A DNA stretch of 63,669 bases, filler included, from Klebsormidium nitens (lineage: Eukaryota > Plantae > Klebsormidiophyceae), in assembly GCA_000708835.1 (NCBI GenBank). It is 6 parts of 6 records of this genome, joined end to end, with 100 filler letters (N's around TTAATTAATTAA, not from the genome) between each part and the next. Parts side by side here need not be neighbours in the genome. Positions count along the whole stretch, not along the records: positions 1 to 6,211 come from DF238437.1; positions 6,312 to 15,933 come from DF237087.1; 4 more parts are not named here. One strand, given 5' to 3'. How positions within the stretch are numbered: position 1 is the stretch's first letter; each line of letters begins with the position of its first letter. The notes under the pieces are model-generated. The model saw nothing but the letters and a program-made list of their open reading frames with translations. It was not told the origin of the DNA and did not search any database. The translations under genes were made by a program, and so were the position numbers. This document shows positions 1 to 12,800 of the stretch, piece after piece.

Positions 1-3000
1 AGCCGTCCGTCCCGGGAGAGCCCTAGCCGATCGTGCAGCAGCTCGCGCTCGGCTTGGTTAAGGGCATACTCCTGGGGGCTTGGGGGGCGGAGAGCCTCAA
101 CACCGGGGAGCAGCCGGTTTGCTCTCCCTCGCTAGAAGGTGTAGCTCTCCTCTCGCTCCTCGTTCCAAGACCCTGGATCGATCCGTCTCAACTGCAGCAG
201 CCAAACGCAGGCATCCAACCCCTGGACAGCAGACAGCGCCCAACCGGCTCGACCGACCCCCAGCCCGACCGCCCCGCGCCCGAAAACGGTCAACCGGTAC
301 AAATGATGGAGACTGGGAAGAAAGTAGGCCGGAAACACCCCGTGGTAGTTGTCCAGCAACCGACGAAGGATAGGCGCATGCTCTGCCAGCACGGCCTTCT
401 CCCCCTCGTCTGCTGAACCCCCCAGAAGAATCAACCGAACCACAGCCAGTGCAGCCCCGTGCTGGATCAGGTTGCTGTCGTCGCTGACGGTTTGAGGGGA
501 CCCCAGAGCGTACAGCAGTTCCGCCCACCACTTCCGCGGCGAACGCACTCGACCGGGGTTGGCGCCCGGCGCAGCAAGGCCCGTCTCCCTCCGGATGCCC
601 TCCAACAGGAGCCGTGCAGCTCGGTTCTTCGATCGGATCTGCCCGATCTGCTCTTGCAGAAGGCGCCTCCTCCAGTGGAGCAGGACGGGCTCGGCATCCG
701 CATCGTCGGGGTCGGGGACAAATTCGGAGACGAGCTCCACGTCATCGCGACCAAGCGTAGCCTGGGTAGAAGTCGCAAAGTCAAACGCCCTCGCCCTAAA
801 ACCCAACTCTGTATACGCATATCATTCCGAAAACCTAGACCGATTCAAAAGTCTCACTCGAAGACCTTGTTGCGCTCCCTACAGAAACCGACAGAGAGTT
901 GCAAGTGGGGCTGCTGACACGTGCCTAGAAACTCGCAAAAGCCGTCTAATTTCTCCCGACTCTTTATACGCATATCATTTCGGAAAACGTAGACGGATTA
1001 AAAGGCACTTCAGGTCAAGGACAGAACTCTGATACGGAGCAGACTGGCATCGAACAGCGTGCGCAACTTGCGCTCAATCGCTCCAAAGTCGACGTCAGAT
1101 TCAACTCTATGGTTGCCACAAAGACTGAAAAGCTTTGCAGTTTGAGTTTAGGGTGAATAACTCTGCTTGGAGGAAGTTATGCCGTGCACATTTGCCAGAA
1201 CTCTAGCAGTTTGAGCGAGGATCTTGTCCGTTCAGCGTGGGGGGAAAGAAAAGTCTGGAGCCACCTTCTGGCACCTTTCTTTATTACTTATAAAGTAAGT
1301 ATATATAGGATTTGTACACACTTTACTATGGCCTGGCACCTCGGACACCTTGGCACCTCTTTTTCAATCATGGAACTTTCAAGCAACAAAACCTGAACGA
1401 ATAGAAAACGAGAGGTGGCAGTGCCATGGTGCCATTGGGTGGGAACCTTACAAAGATGTTTCTGGTAACAAGATTTGTTCCACCTACCAGCAGCTCCTGG
1501 AATTCGCTCTCGCTCAGCTGCGCGCCCAGGTCCGGGTCCTTCGGATGATGCTGGCTGTACCGCGCCAGCAGAGCCCGCAGCTCCGGCTGGTGGATCAGGC
1601 GCCTCTTGAGCCCCCGCCCCTCCAGCGCAGTCGCACTGAAGTTGAGACCCGCTTCCATGTGCTTCACGACGGTCTCCCCCGAACTATTCCGGCTCGGAGC
1701 TGTGAAAGGCCGGAGTTCGCTTGCTGCCGTCCCCGCCAACCCGCCTTTCGATTTGCTACCGTCCGCGCACGCTAGCCCAGCGATACCATCGCAGAGCAGG
1801 ACGTCTGGATGTGGCCCGCACAGGCTACAGCACTCGAGGATGCTCCGCCCACACAGCCGGAAGAAGGCCAAGCAGACCTTCCGCCACGACTCCTCGCTGA
1901 GGAGGGGAGGGGCCCCCGGCGAGAAGCGCCCTCGGACCTCCTTATGTGCGCTGATTAGGGCGCTGAAGGCTGATGCGGTCCCTTGAACGGAACGAAGCAG
2001 AAGCTGGCAAGACTCTTGCGTGACGATGATGGCCCTGCTCCACGCGTACAGGCCGAGCGCTTCCCCGTTGAAGTGGACGGTGTGCTTCAACGGGCATCCG
2101 CAGCAGTAGAACCGGACCTTGACCTGCGAGAATGTACGCGCGCTGAGTGACCCAATCCGCGAACCCTCAGCTAGAACTCTCGGTCCCGATGCCTGTGTGG
2201 CTTCAGTAGNNNNNNNNNNNNNNNNNNNNNNNNNNNNNNNNNNNNNNNNNNNNNNNNNNNNNNNNNNNNNNNNNNNNNNNNNNNNNNNNNNNNNNNNNNN
2301 NNNNNNNNNNNNNNNNNNNNNNNNNNNNNNNNNNNNNNNNNNNNNNNNNNNNNNNNNNNNNNNNNNNNNNNNNNNNNNNNNNNNNNNNNNNNNNNNNNNN
2401 NNNNNNNNNNNNNNNNNNNNNNNNNNNNNNNNNNNNNNNNNNNNNNNNNNNNNNNNNNNNNNNNNNNNNNNNNNNNNNNNNNNNNNNNNNNNNNNNNNNN
2501 NNNNNNNNNNNNNNNNNNNNNNNNNNNNNNNNNNNNNNNNNNNNNNNNNNNNNNNNNNNNNNNNNNNNNNNNNNNNNNNNNNNNNNNNNNNNNNNNNNNN
2601 NNNNNNNNNNNNNNNNNNNNNNNNNNNNNNNNNNNNNNNNNNNNNNNNNNNNNNNNNNNNNNNNNNNNNNNNNNNNNNNNNNNNNNNNNNNNNNNNNNNN
2701 NNNNNNNNNNNNNNNNNNNNNNNNNNNNNNNNNNNNNNNNNNNNNNNNNNNNNNNNNNNNNNNNNNNNNNNNNNNNNNNNNNNNNNNNNNNNNNNNNNNN
2801 NNNNNNNTGACGTCACCAGCGGGTCGTGCACCTCGAAGCTGTCAGTCGGCCGGACCAGCTTGGGAACCTCGAGCTGCACACCTTTCGCGTCCAGAGGCAG
2901 CACCGGAGCCCAGAGCGGACAACCGGCAACATGGGGGCAAGCCGAAGCTGGGCAGACGCAGCTTGCGCACACTCTGGTTACGCCGCTCATTGCACCCCTT

Positions 3001-5290
3001 CCGTCCCCTCCACCCAACGCCTGCGGCGCAGCGTGCGCAGGCACAACCTCTTTTCCTTCAGCTTGCAGCGCCCCCGTTTCCGTCAACTGCCCGCCTTCCC
3101 GCTCTGGCTGAGCTGCCCAAAAGGTTTTCGACCGCTTTGGCCCCCGTCCTGAGCAACTCGGGCCTCCCGGCTCCTGTCTTCCTCTCTTCCCCCGACCTCG
3201 CGCGCGCCAGTCCCGACTTGGCAGCACCCGTTCTCGCAAGTCCTCCGCTCGAAATCAGCCCCTCCGAAGAGCTGCTGGTGCTGCTTGCAGAAGCACGAGG
3301 CCCCTTTGCAGCTTGCCTCATGGGGCTCGCCCACGATAAGCTCCATCAGGTACCGTTCGACCGAAGACAGGTCGGANNNNNNNNNNNNNNNNNNNNNNNN
3401 NNNNNNNNNNNNNNNNNNNNNNNNNNNNNNNNNNNNNNNNNNNNNNNNNNNNNNNNNNNNNNNNNNNNNNNNNNNNNNNNNNNNNNNNNNNNNNNNNNNN
3501 NNNNNNNNNNNNNNNNNNNNNNNNNNNNNNNNNNNNNNNNNNNNNNNNNNNNNNNNNNNNNNNNNNNNNNNNNNNNNNNNNNNNNNNNNNNNNNNNNNNN
3601 NNNNNNNNNNNNNNNNNNNNNNNNNNNNNNNNNNNNNNNNNNNNNNNNNNNNNNNNNNNNNNNNNNNNNNNNNNNNNNNNNNNNNNNNNNNNNNNNNNNN
3701 NNNNNNNNNNNNNNNNNNNNNNNNNNNNNNNNNNNNNNNNNNNNNNNNNNNNNNNNNNNNNNNNNNNNNNNNNNNNNNNNNNNNNNNNNNNNNNNNNNNN
3801 NNNNNNNNNNNNNNNNNNNNNNNNNNNNNNNNNNNNNNNNNNNNNNNNNNNNNNNNNNNNNNNNNNNNNNNNNNNNNNNNNNNNNNNNNNNNNNNNNNNN
3901 NNNNNNNNNNNNNNNNNNNNNNNNNNNNNNNNNNNNNNNNNNNNNNNNNNNNNNNNNNNNNNNNNNNNNNNNNNNNNNNNNNGACCCTTCGGCTGAGCCT
4001 CCCTCTTTCGACTCCGGCGCCCGTTCCCTCCCCTCCTTTCTGTCCGTTTCGAGCAGCCAGGCACGTGCCCTTGCAAGTCGATCCTCGGAGAACAAGCGGC
4101 CGCTCAATCGCTCGATGCTTCTGCCCGGATTCCGGAGAGCCTCCTTGACAGCGCGGATGTGGTCGCAGTCTGCAGACGTGCTGCAGCCCGACTGCTTGCC
4201 CTGGCAGTACCACTCCTCACCCGCGCCCTCATGCTTGTGCACCATTGTGCGCTTGGGCGAAGGGGAGGCTGCGTTCCAGTAGACGCCAAAGACCCGCTCA
4301 GCCCCTCTGCTGCACGGAACCTCAATCACCCGGCTGCCCTTCTGGAGCGCAACGTGGCTGGCTAGCTGGCGCGACCCCAAAGCCGCGAGCGCCAACTTGT
4401 GGACGCATGGAGCATCCGGACCCAGGCGCCCGCGGTCGCAGATGCAGCTGGCCTTCCCCAAGGTGTCCCAATGGACCGTTTCGAGCAGGGCGGTGGACTT
4501 GCTCGGTCGTCCAAGTGGTTNNNNNNNNNNNNNNNNNNNNNNNNNNNNNNNNNNNNNNNNNNNNNNNNNNNNNNNNNNNNNNNNNNNNNNNNNNNNNNNN
4601 NNNNNNNNNNNNNNNNNNNNNNNNNNNNNNNNNNNNNNNNNNNNNNNNNNNNNNNNNNNNNNNNNNNNNNNNNNNNNNNNNNNNNNNNNNNNNNNNNNNN
4701 NNNNNNNNNNNNNNNNNNNNNNNNNNNNNNNNNNNNNNNNNNNNNNNNNNNNNNNNNNNNNNNNNNNNNNNNNNNNNNNNNNNNNNNNNNNNNNNNNNNN
4801 NNNNNNNNNNNNNNNNNNNNNNNNNNNNNNNNNNNNNNNNNNNNNNNNNNNNNNNNNNNNNNNNNNNNNNNNNNNNNNNNNNNNNNNNNNNNNNNNNNNN
4901 NNNNNNNNNNNNNNNNNNNNNNNNNNNNNNNNNNNNNNNNNNNNNNNNNNNNNNNNNNNNNNNNNNNNNNNNNNNNNNNNNNNNNNNNNNNNNNNNNNNN
5001 NNNNNNNNNNNNNNNNNNNNNNNNNNNNNNNNNNNNNNNNNNNNNNNNNNNNNNNNNNNNNNNNNNNNNNNNNNNNNNNNNNNNNNNNNNNNNNNNNNNN
5101 NNNNNNNNNNNNNNNNNNNNNNNNNNNNNNNNNNNNNNNNNNNNNNNNNNNNNNNNNNNNNNNNNNNNNNNNNNNNNNNNNNNNNNNNNNNNNNNNNNNN
5201 NNNNTGGCGCGCCATCGGCATGACAGAGCTCCTTGCTGTCTGAAGGCTGGGCGCCTGATGCGGAGGGGTCTTCCTGCACACAAGAGGATT
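1..5290 (-). pseudogene. KDZ (Kyakuja-Dileera-Zisupton)/HMGXB3-like transposase, partial (runs off the window, three N gaps), with an in-frame stop
   Basis: Two SWIM-like fingers at about 4100-4450 (KASCICDRGRLGPDAPCVHKLAL and WYCQGKQSGCSTSADCDHIRAV). Cys clusters at about 2900-3370. CxC-like VRFYCCGCPLKHTVHFNGEALGLYAW at about 2050-2120. KDZ catalytic-start motif ECCSLCGPHPDVLLCDG at about 1790-1845. Phase-0 GT-AG intron 1487..762. The same frame continues past a TAG at 132-134 to the window edge. Confidence 0.75.
1260..1437. repeat. Short MITE-like element, copy 1, in the intron of the KDZ gene
   Basis: TGGCACC...GGTGCCA inverted termini around a core TTTCAATCATGGAACTTTCA...CAACAAAACCTGAACGAA shared with 5635-5815. 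Confidence 0.65.
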
Positions 5291-5634
5291 TGAAGTGAGC
5301 CACTGCAATCAAGCATAAGCTACCCTGGCCAAGGCGACTAGCCGGCAGTGGAACATCAAAAAAGACGCTCACACAAATTGTGTTAGCTTCCACCCGGATT
5401 TCACCAAAACTTGAGCCACTGCCAATCAAGCATAAGCTAACAAGTGGAATTGCCGCACAAGGTACTGACCAAATGGCACAATCCTCATGTGTTTTCGATT
5501 ATATTGGACTTGCTGGCCACAAAACGGTGTAAAAAGCTCTTGATTTAGTAAATTGCAATCAGTTTCTTGTGCATTTGAGAGAAAAGTTGACCAATGAGCT
5601 GCTCTTTTGTACAGTTGTTAGGTGGTGGAAGCTT

Positions 5635-5815
5635 GACACCTCTGGCACCTTTTTATATATACTTGTAAAGTATATTACTACGCAATTGCACTGCACAACT
5701 TTTTGCAGCGTGGCACCTTGGCACCTTGGGCACCTCACTTTCAATCATGGAACTTTCACTCCAACAAAACCTGAACGAAGAAAAAACAAGAGGTGGAGGT
5801 GTCCAGGGTGCCATC
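5635..5815. repeat. Short MITE-like element, copy 2
   Basis: Direct-orientation homologue of 1260-1437, with stacked GGCACCTT motifs and GGTGCCA at the right end. Confidence 0.65.
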
Positions 5816-6255
5816 CAAAATGAGAGCATCATCATCAGGGCGCGTCAGCTTTCTGAGGGGTCAAAGCCAAATCAGAACCTCACTGCACATTTAAGGACTC
5901 ACATGCAACTTGCGCTTGACGTTTGCTCCAGCAGTGTTTCCCCTGTTGAGCGCGCTCTCTGCAGCGGATTTGACTACCTTGCCTGTAACTGACTGTCTGC
6001 TCAATGCATCCTGCACTGCCAAATTCTCTATGTAACCGCCTGTAAGCTCTTTGACCTGCTTCCAGAGAGTCCCCTTCGATTCGCGCTTGAACCACGTTTC
6101 ACTGGTCGCCTGCTTTTGCTGAACTGTAACTGACGTCTCAGTCAGATGAACAATGCCAACCCAGCGTTGTACGCAAGAAAGACACAAAGGCTGCGCGCGC
6201 TGTTTGCTTTTNNNNNNNNNNNNNNNNNNNNNNNNNNNNNNNNNNNNNNNNNNNN

Positions 6256-6267
6256 TTAATTAATTAA
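6256..6267. other. Assembly linker TTAATTAATTAA inside an N run (also near 15978, 27712, 48641 and 61106)
   Basis: An identical 12-mer giving stops in all six frames is embedded in five N runs. It is artificial. Confidence 0.95.
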
Positions 6268-6311
6268 NNNNNNNNNNNNNNNNNNNNNNNNNNNNNNNNN
6301 NNNNNNNNNNN

Positions 6312-6680
6312 GTGAGGTTCGTTTCGGGCCTGCTGTGGGCCTGGTTTTCGGGGCTGGTTTTGGGGCCGCCGCTCAAGTTGGTCTTGGGGAGCGCGGTCAG
6401 GCTGGTTTTGTGCCGCGGTTAGGCTGGTTCTGGGTCTGCTCTGGGCCTGGTTTGGGCCTGGTTTGGGCCTGGTTTGGAGCTGGTTTCGGGGCTGGTTCGG
6501 GGCCGCGGTCAAGCTGGTCTTGAGGGCGCGGTCAGGCTGATTAGTCTTGTGCCGTGCTCAGGCTGGTTCCGGGTTCGTCGTTTGCTCTGGGCCTGGTTTG
6601 GGGGTGGTTTGGGGCCGTGCTCAAGCTGATTTGGAGGCGCAGTCAGGCTTGTCTTGTTCCGTGGTTAGGCTTGGCAGGCA
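6312..6680. repeat. Low-complexity GGGCCTGGTTT/GGGGCTGGTT-type tandem repeats
   Basis: Repeated gggcctggttt, ggggctggtt and gcggtcaggctg units. Related units recur at about 9230-9480 and 9987-10070. Confidence 0.7.
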
Positions 6681-6851
6681 GCCCGGTGTAGCTGGAGCGC
6701 TTTCTTTTGAAGTTACGTTCCAAGTGCTGTCAGACATGTGGCCTTGCTGGCAACAGGGGCGTTGTAGGGTTGCAAGCCTCATCGCTGCATGCCCGACCCC
6801 GCTTACTCTCAAACATGAGTTCTAACCCTTTCTATTGTCTTTTTGGCGCAG

Positions 6852-9800
6852 GCGCTGGTGACGGACGCTCCCATCCCAAAAGTCGGGGCCCTTGTCGACC
6901 GCCTGAGAGCCAAGGGGGACGCCGAAGAGGCGGCCGCACGAGAGAAGCGGCTGAAAAGGTATGGGCGCGTACATCCCCTTGGTGCTCCCCGTCGGACGAG
7001 GGGTGCCATGGCCTACACCATGGACCAGGACCCGAGCCCGTCTTCCCCTCTGCCCTCGGTCGGCCTCCCTTTCCGGGAAGAAGACCCCGCCTTGAGCGCA
7101 GCGCAGCCCCCCACAGCAGCCCCCTCTTCACCGGTCGTGGAAGATGAACGGGCCCCGCCGTCGCCGCCGGCTGACCAGTCCCCCGTAGACGAGGATCCGG
7201 GTTCGGTTTCCCTCTCGCAGCCCCATGAGCCCCCCTCTCCCACCGGGCACCCACCCTCTCCCCCCCTTGCTGACCAGCTCCAGGAGCCCCTGGTCGCAGC
7301 CCCGCCCCCTGTCGGAGATGCACAGCCCGAGGTGGTCCCCGGTCAGCCCCCAGCAGCCGCCCCTTCCCCTTCTCCCACCCACCAGGAGCAGGCGCCCGTC
7401 GACCAGGCGCTTGCGCCCGACCTGCCAAACCAGCCCCCGGCAACGGACACAAGTCAGCCCACTGCAACTGGGCCGTCCGCAGAGCCGTCGTCCGCACCTC
7501 CGCCCATGGAGCCGCCCGCGCGGCTGCTAAGGGAGCCCCCTCAGGCTGCGTTGAATGGAGATAGTGGGCCCGGCTGGTGCAAAAAGCTGGAGGAGGCGCT
7601 ACAGCAACGGCGGGCAAACGGGCGTGCAATCGTGGTAGCGGAGGATGTGCACGAGGGGGGGGCAAAGCGCTACGGCAGCTTGAAGGATGTCGCGGCCTTG
7701 GTCGCGCACCGGAGGTCGCTCGGGCCGTTCGCGCACCTGTACGAGGTCATCCAGGACGATGCATGCTGGCGCATCTACTTCGACCTGGACTTTTCGCTCC
7801 CAACCGAGGACCCGAGCGACTTCGAACGGCGCCTGGAGGCTTTCCACCTGGTCAGAAACCGTTTTCTAACCTCGGTGCTGAACGTTCCCGAGGGTGCGCT
7901 CCGCTTCCAAGCTTGCGAGGCGCACGGTCAGCGCGGCCCCCGAAGCAAGAGTTCAAGTACAGCGTGCACGAGGTGCTGGAGGGGTTCTGCCTGAGGGGGC
8001 TGGAAGCCAGGAGGGCATTCGGGAAAGCTTTTGGGTGCTTCTTGGAGAATCCCCCGGACGACCTAAAGCCGAGCATCGAGCTCTTGCGGAAGGACGGCGG
8101 ATCCGCCTACATCTGGGACGGGTCCGTCTACGGGCAACATCGCTGCTTCCGAATGCTCAGGTCCTCCAAGTTCGGGGACCATCTTCGCGCCCTCGTCCCC
8201 TGCGAGGGCAGCTCCGAGGCGATCGCTGACCAGCTTGTTTGTCTTTACACGGAAGCGGAGCTGGCTGGTTCCACCGAGATCAGCGCCGACCTTCTCAGAG
8301 AGTGGGCGACCGCGCGGCGCGACCCTCCTGCCCCGGCCCGCGTGGGGGCCTTCCGGCAGAGGGCGCTCGCCCTCGACGAGGCGAACACCTCGGAGGGGCC
8401 CGGCGAGGACCTGAGCGCGCAAGAGCGGGCCGTCCTCCTCGCCCAGCTACCAGGAGGACCACGCAGGGGCCGAGGTCGACCGGGTGGTGCAGGAGCGGCC
8501 GGGGCTGTTCTTCGTCCACTTTCGCGCGCCTCAGCCCACGTGTTGCATCGCGGGCAGGCGCCACACGTCCCCAGGCAACCAAAACCCGTACCTGATCTAC
8601 AAGCGAGACGAGCCGCGCATCGCCCGCTACCAGTGCTTTGCCAACAGCTGCAGGTAAGGCGCCCTTGTAGTGAGCCGAAATCTGAAAAGCGCCCAGCATG
8701 GCTCGGTCGACAATCTGCACTGGTCGCTCTTTACATGCGAGTTTAGAAGGTGGTGCAGATTGTCGACTCTTTCAAGGTTGACCGGCTCAGCAAATTGGAG
8801 AAGCATCAAGCATGGCTGTGGGCTGTCAATTTGCACAAGGGTCTAAACACCGAAGCCTCTTAAACCAATGCAGATTGTCAAGCTCTTTGAAAGCTTCTCT
8901 GAAACTGGTCTTAGCAGTTTCAGAGAAGCACCAAGCATGGCTCGGCCGTCAATTTGCACAGGCCATTCTTTACATTCATGCTTGTAAGTCGGTGCAATTT
9001 GTCAAGCTCTTCGAGTTGGATCGGCTCTGGATCGGCTCTGTACTTCAGGAAAGCGCACCGCTTGGTTCGGCCGTCAATCTGCACAGGCCGTTCTTTACAT
9101 TCACTCTTGTAAGTCGGTGCAATTTATCAGGCTCTTTAAGTTGGATCGGCTTTGTACTTCAGGACGGCATGTTTTGGTCGTCGATATGCACAGGTCGTTC
9201 TTCACATTGAAACTTAGATGGTACTATTCTCAAGGCCAGGGTCAGGTTTCAGGCATTTTCAAGGCCACGGTGAGGCTGCTTTTGCTACGCTGTGGGCCTG
9301 GTTGCGGGTCTGCTGTGGGCTTAGGTTCAAGGCTGCGGTCAGGCTGGTTGGGGGGGCGCGGTCGCGCTTTTTTTGAGGCGCGGTGAGGCTGAATCGGGAA
9401 GGCTGTAGTCAGGCTGTAGTCAAGCTTCTGCGGGCCTCGTTCGAAGCCGGAATCCGGCTAGGTTAAGGGCCTTGGTCAAGCTCTCTTGAGGGCGCATCAG
9501 ACTGGATTCGGCCGACTGGTCTGACTGACATTTCGATACCTCGCATGGTGTAAGGTGCTTGGGCTGTTGTTGAGAGCGCCTCTTGTTCCCTCTTTGCAGG
9601 GGCGAGTGCCGCGTGCTACCCCTGGACATCCTCACCACGCTGGGATGGACGGAGGACTACGAGGAGAACCTGGGAATGCGCTCCTACCCCGCGTTCAAGT
9701 TCGCTCACGTGTGCAAGCGAACCATCCTGATTTCGGCCAAGAAGGGGGTCGGAAAGTCGAAGGAGTTCATCGCGTGGCTGGAGGCCAGTTGAACCCCGGC

Positions 9801-12800
9801 CTCTCCTTCGTCCTGATCGGGGCTAACATCTCGCTGTCCCGCAAGTACCATGAGGATCTGGTGGAGGCGGGCGTGGAAGGCGTGGTGCTGTACCTGGAGG
9901 CGCCCCCGGGGCCAATCGCCGCCTCTCGTGCCGTCATCTGCATCAACTCCATTCACCGCGTGCGCGNNNNNNNNNNNNNNNNNNNNCAGTCAGGCTGATT
10001 TTCTGCTGCTTTGGGCCTTGTCGTAGCCATAAACGGGCTCGGTTTAGGGTCGCGATCAAGGTTGCGCTACTGAGCCACGTTACTTTGATTGAAAAGAGTG
10101 GCCGGCGTATTCGACAACCAAACGTGCACCAACTGCTTTGTCTATTGAATCGAGTAGTCCCATGGCGTAGGTGCTTGGTATTTTGCTGAGTAATGCCTTT
10201 CGCCTCCTCTTTGCAGGGGCGAGTGCCGGGTGCTACCGCTGGATGTCCTCAACGCGCTGGGCTGGACGGAGGACTACGTAGAAAACCTGACAATGCGCCC
10301 CTACCCCGTCTTCCGGCCCAGTTCTCTTCTGCGCAAGCGCACCATCTTGGTCTCGGCCAGAAAAGGAGTCGGAAAGTCCAAGGCCTTTTGCCCGTGGCTG
10401 GTGGCCATGGTCGAGCTCAATCCCGGCTTTTCCTTCCTTCTGATTGGGGCCAATATTTCTCTGTCCCTCAAGTACTACGAGGAATTGGTGGACGCAGGCG
10501 TGCAAGATGTCGTGCTTTATCAAGAGGCGCCCCGAGGGCCAATCACCGCCTCTCGCGTCGTCTGCTGCATCAACTCCATTCACCGCGTGCGCGCCAGCAT
10601 GGACCTCGTCTCGATGGACGAGATGGACATGGTGCTCAGCAACCTCAACTCCGAGGTCATGCAACAGCGGGGGCGGGTGTTGTCTTGCCTTGAGGGCCTC
10701 GTGGAGAGGGCAAAGGTCGTGATTGGCATGGACGCCAACATCGACTGCGCACGGGTGATGGAGTACCTCTTCATGGTCCGGCCGGATGGGGGGCTTCACA
10801 CCATCCGGAACACGGGCCTGTATCCGGCCGAGAGGCGGGCGACCATCCGGATCTTCCCGCCAGAGAGCGGGCTGCTCAAATGCATCGGCGCCGCGGTGCA
10901 GGATGTCCTGCACCGTGTTGCTCGAGGCACAAAAGTCGTCGTAAGTTCTTACTTCACCAACCTAAACAGCTCTTTGCACAACGCGCTTGATTCCATTCGT
11001 GTGATCTTCTCAAGCACTGTGAGTGAGGGCCTGTTTGAGGTATAGGGTGAGACATGTGAAGCATCTTCCCTGCGTGTCCGCCTCGTGGATTCAGAGGCAG
11101 GTTTGTCGTTGAGCGGCTCTCTCTGTGAACATTTCGCTATCTATGGAATCTAGGGGGCACTGTCTTGCCAAGCATTTGCATCTTTTGACTTCAGCGAACA
11201 GGTTAGCGAACAGGTTTTCTGTACTTTCTGCAAGGGACCGTCGGGTGCAATTTGTCGGAGGCTCGTCCAATCAATTGTATAGTGTCTAGCAACCACCCGG
11301 CATGGCCCGTGACAATTTGCACCCTTGTTCTATACATCAAAGTTCATAAGCCAGTGCAATTTGTCAAATGTTCAATCAACCAATCACAAAGATCAGGGAC
11401 CACCTCGGCATGGGCGCAGATTGTTTGAAGCTTGTTCGCACCATCTGCTTTTGCCTTGCGGTCTAAAACTTAACAAGGATCGGTGCTCTATGCTTTTTGC
11501 GCAGTGCCCGTCGACCTCCAAGCGCTTCGTGAAATATCTCGAACACGAGTTCAACGTTGAGAACCCACCCGCCGAATCCGATCGACGCGGCATCTTCCTG
11601 CACGCCGACAAGAGGTCGAAAGCCGACGAGGAGTTCTTCCAGAAGGCGATGGCCGAGCCCGACACCTACCTGGAGGCGGACTGCGTGGCTTTCTCTCCGA
11701 AGCTAGGCCCAGGGGTCTCGAAAGAGAAGCCATACGCCGAGCAAACCGTTGCCTTTGCCCTCAACAACCTCAACGGCCCTCCCGTTGAGACGCTACTCCA
11801 GCAGCATGCTCGCTTCCGGACGGTGACTGACTCCACCATCTACTACAAGCAGGTGTTCACGCCAGCAGTGGACCTGCCGCGCTCTACAGAGGCGGTCTTT
11901 CAGGCGATCGAGCGGGACGACAGGCAGATCGTCCATATGCTCGGTGACGCCTCTGGCTTTCACTTTCTGAGAGGTTCGCAGGGCATCTGCGACCGATCCT
12001 CAGCGAGCTGCGTCTTGTACGCGAACAACATCCTCGCCAAGGTGGAAAGCTACTTTGAGTATGTGCCAAAGCTGAAGGCCGACCTGGAAAAGCAGGGCTA
12101 CGAGGTGACGGTTGAGCATGTCGAGCCACGGGTGGGGTTGCAGAGCTGTTGAGTTGCTAGGCTGTTTGTGTTTCAAAGCTGCTCTGTCTTGAAGCAAGGC
12201 GCTTTCTGACTGGTTGCAGTCCATTCATGTGAGTCCCTTGTCACGCGCTGATCAAACTCCGAAGATGACACGTGTTGCTTTGTAAGGGCGAGATTGTGAA
12301 ATGTGTGAGAGTCTGGCCTTGCAAAGCGTCAAGTCTTTTTTGAGTCGAGATCGGATGTTGTTGCTAGCCCTACCAGCATTGCTGAAACGCTTTCCCTTCC
12401 TCGCTTTCCCTTCCTCAGAATGATCAGCGTGTCTCACCATTTTCTTCTAGGGCATCCTGGGGCGCCCGCCCCCAGACGTACCTCTCGGCTTCGATGCGGA
12501 GCCAGAGCTTCTGGCCGACGAAGAATGGCGAGCCAAGTACATCATCGGTCCGGACCAGTACGAGATCCTGTGCGACAGGCATGAGGACCTGAGCCCGAGG
12601 GAGCAGCTCCAGGAATTTCTCTTCGAGATGGTCACGAAGGAGTACAAGGTCGACCCTGGCCGGGTTGATCACGACTTTTACGTCCGCTTTTGCGCTGACA
12701 CGCCCGAAGCAAAGCGGACAAGAGAGGCTCACACAAACTATCTCAGGTGAGTGTCTCCTTCCAGCCGCGCCCCGTTTCAAGCAGAAAGCAAAGTTCTCTG

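Noticed and set aside
6256-6267. TTAATTAATTAA motif recurring five times
   Set aside because: Always embedded in N runs. It is a six-frame-stop assembly spacer, not biology.
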